Assembly (NCBI GenBank): GCA_045653985.1 | Contig: JAZOMK010000134.1 | Location: 1 to 30,949 of the forward strand | Source: Clostridia bacterium | GTDB lineage: Bacteria; Bacillota; Clostridia; Christensenellales; QALW01 | DNA: 30,949 nt | Reading direction: 5' to 3' | In this document: in pieces, positions 24,779 to 30,949 of the stretch | Layout of the letters: each line of letters opens with the position of its first letter | Position numbering within the stretch: the first letter of the stretch is position 1 | Position numbers and translations under genes: made by a program | Notes under the pieces: generated by a model | Database searches by the model: none | The model's input: the letters and a program-made list of their open reading frames with translations, nothing else | What the model was told of the DNA's origin: nothing

Positions 24779-26398
24779 ATGGGAAAAATAAATATAAAGA
24801 TAACCAAAGATAAATATGCACATACCTTTGGGGGTATTGGATTTCATAATAATGAAGCAATGCTTTATCCCACTATTGAAAAAGAGCATTTTGACCAGCT
24901 TTTAGGTAAATGTTATCGTGAAATTGCCCCGGGATTTATGCGAACCTTTGGCGGTTATGATGATTGGACAAAGGAAGCGATGAATTCTTTCAGCGAATAT
25001 TATGAAAGAATGCAAAAGGTAACGGATACTCCTATTTATCTTGCAGCGGCAAAAGGGAAAATGCACTTTTCTGATGAAGAAATGGAAAAGTATTGCGAAG
25101 CAGTTGCGGATAATTTAATGTATCTTAAAAAGACTAAAAATATGAAGCATTTACGATATTATTGCTTCTCTAATGAAATGTCACAATGTGGTTGGGGAGA
25201 TTTGATGCAAGACCTTCCACTCTTTAAAAAGTATCACCAAATGCTTTATCGGGCATTCCAAAATAGAGGGCTTGATATAGGACTTCTTTCCACTGATGCT
25301 TCGGAGTATCAAAATTGGGATACAGTCGATTGGGCAATAGAAAATATGAGTAGAATTACAGAAGATTATTGCTTGCATGTTTATGAAAGACATAGTATTT
25401 ACGATACGACTTTTTATGATTTCTTTTATAAAAAGTGCAATGAAGTAGTGAGAAAAGCAATAAAAAGCGATAACAAAAGATTTATTTTAGGCGAAATAGG
25501 CATACAAAAAATTGTAGATGATACAGTGTATCTGGGATATGGTAACGGTGTTGTTTTTGATACTTGCAGATGGTTTGATGATGATTATGAAAGAACGTAT
25601 TGTGCACTTATGCAGGCAGAAATGATTTTTTCAGCAATCAATGCAGGTGTTTTTGCTATTGCTATGTGGAGCTATACGGACTATCCTGACCCGTTTTCCT
25701 GTGCACATTCAGAATATGACGGTTATGCAAAAAACTGGGCACAATGCGAAAAATTTGTAAGCGGTACAACTGATTGCAAATACAATAAATGGGGAATGTT
25801 CACTTGGGAAGATGATGGCAACAATAAAGTAAAGGAATTTTATTGGTGTCTTGCTCCGTTGGTAAAACTTTTCAAAAAACATTCTAAAGTGCTTAATATT
25901 TCTTGCGATGACCCGATGGTACGTTGCTGTGGTATTTTGAATCGCGACGGCAGTGTATCAATAGGTATGGTAAACCGTAATAAAGAAGACGTAAAAATAA
26001 CGCTTGACAGTGATTTGATTAAAAAAGCCGTAAGAGTATATGAGTACGATACAAAAAATGTACCATACAATAAGTTTGGCGATATACAAGATTTCTCTGT
26101 TATTACACAAAATACTTATGTGTTAAAAGCAGAAAGTGTAACGTTTTTCACTACCGACTATGAAGAAAAAGAAATGCACTATATTGCAGGCGGTAAGAAA
26201 ATAGAAAATGGCATTTTATACTGGAAGCCTGTTAAAGATTCAAATCATTGCTATTATCGGGTTTTTGCAGCAGAAAATGCTGGTTTTATACCTACAAGGG
26301 AGAATCAGATAGCATCTACGATAGATTGCTCATTACCCATAGAAAATGAAAAGTTGTATTACAAAGTAATGTCGGTAGACAAGTACGGAAATATTTAA
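24779..26398 (+). CDS. Putative clan GH-A-like glycoside hydrolase (GH39/GH30-like fold, family unassigned), 539 aa, no signal peptide
   Basis: 'FGGIGFH' N-terminus, 'GFMRTF', candidate acid/base 'YYCFSNEM', 'YCLHVY', candidate nucleophile 'FILGEIG', 'KWGMFTW', C-terminal beta-sandwich 'VSIGMVNR'. Confidence 0.55.
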   Translation: MGKINIKITKDKYAHTFGGIGFHNNEAMLYPTIEKEHFDQLLGKCYREIAPGFMRTFGGYDDWTKEAMNSFSEYYERMQKVTDTPIYLAAAKGKMHFSDEEMEKYCEAVADNLMYLKKTKNMKHLRYYCFSNEMSQCGWGDLMQDLPLFKKYHQMLYRAFQNRGLDIGLLSTDASEYQNWDTVDWAIENMSRITEDYCLHVYERHSIYDTTFYDFFYKKCNEVVRKAIKSDNKRFILGEIGIQKIVDDTVYLGYGNGVVFDTCRWFDDDYERTYCALMQAEMIFSAINAGVFAIAMWSYTDYPDPFSCAHSEYDGYAKNWAQCEKFVSGTTDCKYNKWGMFTWEDDGNNKVKEFYWCLAPLVKLFKKHSKVLNISCDDPMVRCCGILNRDGSVSIGMVNRNKEDVKITLDSDLIKKAVRVYEYDTKNVPYNKFGDIQDFSVITQNTYVLKAESVTFFTTDYEEKEMHYIAGGKKIENGILYWKPVKDSNHCYYRVFAAENAGFIPTRENQIASTIDCSLPIENEKLYYKVMSVDKYGNI

Positions 26399-26410
26399 GG
26401 AGGGATTATT

Positions 26411-26968
26411 ATGAAAATTACGTTATTGGGAGATTCTATAAGACAAATAGGCTACGGAACGATTGTACCTAAGCTGCTTGGTAATAACTATGAGGTGTAT
26501 CAGCCTAATGATAATTGTCGTTTTTCGAAATACACATTAAGAATGCTTGAAGATATAGAGGGCAATATATGTGGAAGCGATATAATTCATTGGAATAACG
26601 GTTTATGGGATGTAAAACGATTGTTAGACGGAAAGAGCGTAACTCCGCCTGCGGAATATGTTGAAAATATGTTGAGAATTGCAGATTTTCTTTTAAAAAG
26701 AGGCAAAAAAGTGATTTTCGCAACAACAACTCCCGTAACAGAAGTTCATCCAAGAATAAGTAACGTTGACATAAATTATTATAACAGTTTGATTGTCTCT
26801 GTTTTAAAAGAGAAAGATATAATTATAAACGACCTTAACACACTTATAAGCACAAATATAGATGAATACATCCGAAAGGATGATAATATTCATCTTACTC
26901 CCAAAGGAATAGAGGCTGCAGCTTCACAGGTTATAAAAATTATAAAAGATACTGAAAAATTGCTGTAA
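26411..26968 (+). CDS. SGNH/GDSL hydrolase, 185 aa
   Basis: 'LLGDSI' (block I), 'IHWNNGLWD' (block III), 'DDNIHLT' (block V). Confidence 0.88.
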   Translation: MKITLLGDSIRQIGYGTIVPKLLGNNYEVYQPNDNCRFSKYTLRMLEDIEGNICGSDIIHWNNGLWDVKRLLDGKSVTPPAEYVENMLRIADFLLKRGKKVIFATTTPVTEVHPRISNVDINYYNSLIVSVLKEKDIIINDLNTLISTNIDEYIRKDDNIHLTPKGIEAAASQVIKIIKDTEKLL

Positions 26969-26979
26969 GGAGTTTTACA

Positions 26980-27828
26980 GTGGAAATTTTAAACAAACAA
27001 ATTCGTTGTTCCGTGGCGGAAGGTCCGTTATGGGATGATAAAAACAACAAATTGTTTTTTGTAGATATTTTAGGTAAATGTATATTTATACTCGACTATT
27101 TAACGGGAAAAGTTAAAAAATACAACGTTGGTCAGCAGATAGGTTGTATAGCATTATGCGAAAATGATAATATTCTTCTTGCTATGGAGGATGGTGTTTA
27201 TATAATGGCACCTGATGGCGAAAAAAGATTGGCTCATCAACCTATACAAATTAAAGGGCGTAGATTTAATGACGGAAAAGTGGGCCCTGATGGTTGCTTT
27301 TACGTTGGAACTACCGATTATGACGGCAAGGGTGCTTTTTACCGTCTGAAAAATAGCGTTTTAGAAGAATTGTTTGACTGTTGCAGTTGTTCTAACGGCA
27401 TTGATTGGTCAGTTGACGGCAAAAAAATGTTTTACTGCGATACACCACTTCAAAAAATTGAAGTTTTTGATTTCGATAAGAAAACGCATAGCCTTTCAAA
27501 TCGTAGCACGTTTGCTTTGATAGATAAAAGCATCGGTATGCCGGATGGCTTTGCTATGGACAACAATGACAATATATGGCTTGGTTTATGGAATGGAAAC
27601 GCAGTAGTTCAGGTAAAAAAAGACGGCAGTATTGGCGAAAAAATTGATGTTCCTGCAAAAAAAGCCTCATCCTGCTGCTTTGCAGGAGAACATCTTACGG
27701 ATTTGGTAATAACAACTGCTTCTAAGGATGATGAAACTACCTATCCGCTTTCAGGCTACTTGTTTTTAAAGAAAATGAATGTAAAAGGCAAAAAAAGTTT
27801 CAGATATATTGAAAATGGAGATGATTAA
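26980..27828 (+). CDS. SMP-30/gluconolactonase/LRE family sugar lactonase, 282 aa, GTG start
   Basis: 'AEGPLWD', 'RFNDGKVGPDG.FYVGT', 'SNGIDWS.DGKKMFYCDT', 'PDGFAMD', 'SSCCFAG'. Confidence 0.92.
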   Translation: MEILNKQIRCSVAEGPLWDDKNNKLFFVDILGKCIFILDYLTGKVKKYNVGQQIGCIALCENDNILLAMEDGVYIMAPDGEKRLAHQPIQIKGRRFNDGKVGPDGCFYVGTTDYDGKGAFYRLKNSVLEELFDCCSCSNGIDWSVDGKKMFYCDTPLQKIEVFDFDKKTHSLSNRSTFALIDKSIGMPDGFAMDNNDNIWLGLWNGNAVVQVKKDGSIGEKIDVPAKKASSCCFAGEHLTDLVITTASKDDETTYPLSGYLFLKKMNVKGKKSFRYIENGDD

Positions 27829-28650
27829 ATGAGAAGAGCATTATTTGTAACGGGCGTTAATAAAGAAAACGGCGGGCACGTAATAGCAAAACGTTTTGCA
27901 AAAGAGGGGTATGATGTTTTTGTTACTGCACGTAAGCAAGAAAGTGCCGATGAAGTGGCAGCGGAGCTTATAAAAACTTATAATATTTTTGCAAAAGGAT
28001 ATAAGTTGGAATTAAGAAACGATGATTCAATTTATGATATTTTCAAAGATATAGATTCATTGGGATATTTTGTTGAAACCCTCTGTCTCAATGCAGCTGA
28101 CTTAGGATTTTTTGGCAATAATCCTGCAGACGGATTCGATTTCTTTGAGATGACACCTGAACAGTTGCAATCTGTACTGGAAGCAAATATAGTTGGTAAT
28201 TTTAAAATAGCACAGCAGGCAGCAATTCGTATGAAAGAAAAGCATGCAGGGGCAATAGTGTTTATCAGTTCAAACTCTGTAACAAGACCCAATGAAAACA
28301 GAACAGCATATATAACCTCTAAAGGCGGGATAAATGCCTTATCCAAAACTATGGCTGTAGATTTGGGTAAATATGGCATCAGAAGTAACGTTGTAATGCC
28401 TGGCACAATAAAAACTCAACGTTGGATAGGTATGGGAAATAAACAAATTTCTAACGGCACAATGGTACCTATAGGGGATATTTCTGATTTAGAAGATATT
28501 GCAAATGCCGTATGGTATTTAGGTACAGAGCAATCCAAAAACGTTACCGGAACTGAATTAGTTGTTGATGGCGGTATGACGTCTCAGCTTTTTCCTGCAA
28601 TTTTAGCAAAATACCGTGCTGAAGAAATTGCGAAAATGGATGGGGAATAA
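27829..28650 (+). CDS. Short-chain dehydrogenase/reductase (SDR), 273 aa
   Basis: 'LNAA', 'IVFISS', catalytic 'YITSK', 'GIRSNVVMPG.I.T', 'VTGTELVVDGG'; atypical cofactor loop TGVNKENGG. Confidence 0.9.
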   Translation: MRRALFVTGVNKENGGHVIAKRFAKEGYDVFVTARKQESADEVAAELIKTYNIFAKGYKLELRNDDSIYDIFKDIDSLGYFVETLCLNAADLGFFGNNPADGFDFFEMTPEQLQSVLEANIVGNFKIAQQAAIRMKEKHAGAIVFISSNSVTRPNENRTAYITSKGGINALSKTMAVDLGKYGIRSNVVMPGTIKTQRWIGMGNKQISNGTMVPIGDISDLEDIANAVWYLGTEQSKNVTGTELVVDGGMTSQLFPAILAKYRAEEIAKMDGE

Positions 28651-28662
28651 AAGGAGTTTTTT

Positions 28663-29661
28663 ATGAAAATTATTCTTGGAGCAATAAAAGAATTTAACGA
28701 CGATGCGCTTATATTAGCGCGTCAATTAGGTGCAGAAGGATTTCATTTTAACACACCGCCCATAGCAACAAATGATGAAAATTATTGGACGGTAAGAGCT
28801 CTTAAGTGGCTTAAGGAATATACAGAGAAGTTTGAACTTAAGCTTGAAATGATTGAAAACGTTCCTATACGCTTTTTTGATAAAATTTTACTTGGACTTC
28901 CGGGCAGAGACGAGCAAATTGAAAATTATATAAAGATTTTGCACAATATGGGTGAAGTAGGAATTCCTGTTCTGGGACATCATTTCTGTCCTACGTGGGC
29001 ATGGCGTACAACAATAACAGAACCATACAGATTAGGTGCTTTTGTTTCTGCTTATGACCATTCAGTACACGACGATTTACCTAATGCGTATACACAAAGT
29101 AAAGCTCATATGGTAAGACAAAATCCTGATATGATACCACCAACGGCAGACGATTTATGGAATAATTTTGCTTACTTTGCAAAAGCTGTATTGCCTGAAG
29201 CGGAAAAAGCAGGAGTTAAACTTATTACTCATCCATCTGACCCTCCCATAAGAAATGTTGCAGGAGTTGACAGAATCTTTATATCACCCGATGATTTCCG
29301 CAAAGCAGAAAAAATAACAAATAATTCTGCTTGGGGTATCAATTTCTGTATGGGTACTTTCTCCCAATTAGGAGGAGAAGAATGTGTGCTTGAAATGATA
29401 AATGAATTTGTGCCCAAAAATAAAATTCATATGGTTCATTTCAGAGATGTTCAAGGTAGTGTTGAAAAATTCAACGAGTGTTTCCTTGGAGAAGGACGCT
29501 ATAACCCTGCTAAAGTAATGAAAGCGCTGATAGATAATGGCTACGACGGCATTATGCTTGATGACCACGTGCCGTATCTTACAAGTGATACACGTTGGGG
29601 ACATACTGCAAGAGCATACACATTTGGCTTTCTTAAGGGACTTGCTTCTGCACTGAAATAA
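28663..29661 (+). CDS. uxuA: Mannonate dehydratase (UxuA) family, 332 aa
   Basis: 'LEMIENVP', 'ILLGLPGRDEQIENY', 'DLWNNFAYFAKAVLPEAEKAGVKL..HPSDPP', 'GINFCMGT', 'HFRDVQG', 'MLDDHVP', 'GH..RAY..G'; family-level call, substrate may differ. Confidence 0.85.
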   Translation: MKIILGAIKEFNDDALILARQLGAEGFHFNTPPIATNDENYWTVRALKWLKEYTEKFELKLEMIENVPIRFFDKILLGLPGRDEQIENYIKILHNMGEVGIPVLGHHFCPTWAWRTTITEPYRLGAFVSAYDHSVHDDLPNAYTQSKAHMVRQNPDMIPPTADDLWNNFAYFAKAVLPEAEKAGVKLITHPSDPPIRNVAGVDRIFISPDDFRKAEKITNNSAWGINFCMGTFSQLGGEECVLEMINEFVPKNKIHMVHFRDVQGSVEKFNECFLGEGRYNPAKVMKALIDNGYDGIMLDDHVPYLTSDTRWGHTARAYTFGFLKGLASALK

Positions 29662-29684
29662 CGTATATTAAACGTAAAAAACTT

Positions 29685-29711
29685 AAGTCCGCTGAGTATA
29701 TCAACGGGCTT
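29685..29711 (+). terminator. Probable terminator after the uxuA-family gene
   Basis: AAGTCCGCTGA-gtata-TCAACGGGCTT imperfect stem followed by ATTTCTATT. Confidence 0.45.
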
Positions 29712-29721
29712 ATTTCTATTC

Positions 29722-29740
29722 TGGTCAACATTTTGGTCAA
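29722..29740. repeat. TGGTCAA direct repeat pair (12-bp period); candidate integrase arm-type sites
   Basis: cTGGTCAAcatttTGGTCAA about 50 bp from the tRNA 3' fragment. Confidence 0.5.
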
Positions 29741-29750
29741 GTTGAAGGCA

Positions 29751-29788
29751 AAAAAATAATGAGTGGATTCGTTAAGAACTCACTCATT
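29751..29788 (-). terminator. Intrinsic terminator downstream of the tRNA-Met 3' fragment
   Basis: Minus strand AATGAGTGAGTTC-ttaac-GAATCCACTCATT followed by a T-run. Confidence 0.7.
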
Positions 29789-29792
29789 TATC

Positions 29793-29838
29793 TGGTTGCG
29801 GGGACGGGACTTGAACCACGCGACCTTCGGGTTATGAG
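29793..29838 (-). mobile_element. Attachment site: degenerate 3' half of an initiator-type tRNA-Met (anticodon loop to CCA), not a functional tRNA
   Basis: Minus strand CTCATAA CCCGA AGGTC GCGTGG TTCAAGT CCCGT CCCCGCA ACCA: CAT anticodon, T-loop, CCA end; no 5' half upstream; T-stem 5' side has one extra base. Confidence 0.85.
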
Positions 29839-29881
29839 AATAGAATGAAAATCTCGAAAACCCTTGCTATCACTAGCTTCT

Positions 29882-30940
29882 TTATGCCCCCTGAGCCACC
29901 TCTGAGCCACCCCTTAAAAAGGTGTCTAATTTATCAACTTGTAGGTTCTTGTGTTGTGCAGACAAATGTGTATATATGGAAAGGGTCGTTTGTATGTCTG
30001 CGTGACCCATTTGTTCCTTTGCTGTTAGTGCATCAATACCCGCTTCAAACATAATTGTACAAAACGTATGTCTTAATTCGTGTGGTGTAAATGTATTGAT
30101 TATCATAGGAATATCTGCGCTGTTGTCGTGCTTATTTACAGCACCATCAAAACCGTATTTGATATTCAAATCCAACATATAACTTTGGTACAATCTTTTC
30201 CAAGAATCATCGGTCATCATTTTTCCCTTTGCGTTAGTTAAAACAAAGGGTGATACCCTTGGCAAGCATTTCAAATAATCAATTAATATTTGTGGTACAG
30301 AAACCACTCTTGCCTTTCCGTTCTTTGGAGCCTTAAAATCCTTTGTCTTAAAATTATAGGATTTTGTGACCGAGATTTTGTTGTTTTTGAAATCAATGTC
30401 GTTCCACTGTAGCGCAGTTGCTTCTCCACGCCTTAACCCTGATAACATCATAAGCATAGCGGAAGGCTTTGCTCTGTGATGAAATTCCATCACACGATTT
30501 CTTTCTTCTTCACTTAATGCTCTACGCTGTACTGGATCTACTGCGGATTGTGGAATTTTAAGTTTTGTCGCTGGGTTAAAAATAATAATCCTATTATCAC
30601 AAGCAAAGTCAAAAATTGCTTTGATGACCTGAACATATCCCCTTATAGTTTTTTTAGCCATAGGCTCCCCTGTATTAGGGTTTATTGCAGCAATGGAAAA
30701 AAGTATTGTCTGCAATTCAAATGGCTTTATTTGATTAATATGGGCATTTCCAAGTGCATCTATCCATATAGCTGACCTTGTTTTTAAGCAGGAATATCTA
30801 TCTGCTGACACCTCATATTTTTTAGATGTTAGCCAATGTTCCGCCCACGTTTTGAACAAATCATTGGATGCGGAAATATCAATTCCCTTTCTTAATGATA
30901 CTCTTAATTCTTCTGCCTTAATAAGTCGGATCGTAGCCAT
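29882..30940 (-). CDS. Tyrosine recombinase / phage-type integrase; probably 5'-truncated by the window edge
   Basis: Catalytic motifs 'SGLRRGEATALQWNDID' (R), 'KAPKNGKAR' (K), 'HELRHTF' (HxxR), 'MGH', 'TTLSIYTH' (Y); frame stays open to the window end. Confidence 0.95.
   Translation of the reverse strand: MATIRLIKAEELRVSLRKGIDISASNDLFKTWAEHWLTSKKYEVSADRYSCLKTRSAIWIDALGNAHINQIKPFELQTILFSIAAINPNTGEPMAKKTIRGYVQVIKAIFDFACDNRIIIFNPATKLKIPQSAVDPVQRRALSEEERNRVMEFHHRAKPSAMLMMLSGLRRGEATALQWNDIDFKNNKISVTKSYNFKTKDFKAPKNGKARVVSVPQILIDYLKCLPRVSPFVLTNAKGKMMTDDSWKRLYQSYMLDLNIKYGFDGAVNKHDNSADIPMIINTFTPHELRHTFCTIMFEAGIDALTAKEQMGHADIQTTLSIYTHLSAQHKNLQVDKLDTFLRGGSEVAQGA
29891..29911. repeat. CTGAGCCACC direct repeat pair (11-bp period) at the integrase 3' end; candidate arm-type sites
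   Basis: CTGAGCCACCtCTGAGCCACC, 53 bp from the att core. Confidence 0.6.
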
Positions 30941-30949
30941 GTCGTTCTG

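Noticed and set aside
29793-29838. Functional tRNA-Met gene
   Set aside because: The acceptor 5' strand, D-arm and 5' anticodon stem are absent.
29845-30775. Plus-strand ORFs 29845-30054 and 30548-30775
   Set aside because: Antisense to the integrase, with no recognisable motif.

Overview
AT-rich window that looks Clostridia-like (lineage inferred from SigA-type promoters, AGGAG RBSs, lipoproteins and a sortase-like tail). It holds a ~29.7 kb glycan-utilisation region followed by the edge of an integrative element. Left to right: (1) operon with a DUF5696-like putative glycosidase, a histidine phosphatase and a SASA-type acetylesterase; (2) minus-strand operon with an AraC regulator, two RNase Z-like MBL hydrolases and a large secreted DUF5060/DUF4038 (GH140-like) enzyme; (3) plus-strand run with two very large, apparently non-catalytic tandem CBM-like surface proteins, an unannotated 38-aa YxxP peptide, a CBM-like lipoprotein, a glycyl radical enzyme with no activase in the window, and two more DUF5060/DUF4038 paralogs (one lipoprotein, one without signal peptide); (4) a second AraC divergent from an unclassified clan-A-like glycosidase, SGNH esterase, SMP-30 lactonase, SDR and mannonate dehydratase; (5) a degenerate 3' half of tRNA-Met (att site) with two different arm-type repeat pairs, next to a tyrosine integrase. 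The strongest novelty candidate is an unrecognised, internally duplicated ~280-aa domain found in two proteins. In both cases it is followed by an acidic [IF][DE]LxDxD[IV]L motif: in cis in one protein (FELEDSDVL) and in trans in the other, as the C-terminus of the separately encoded 38-aa peptide (IDLGDEDIL). All family calls come from motif recognition and recall; no database search was run.
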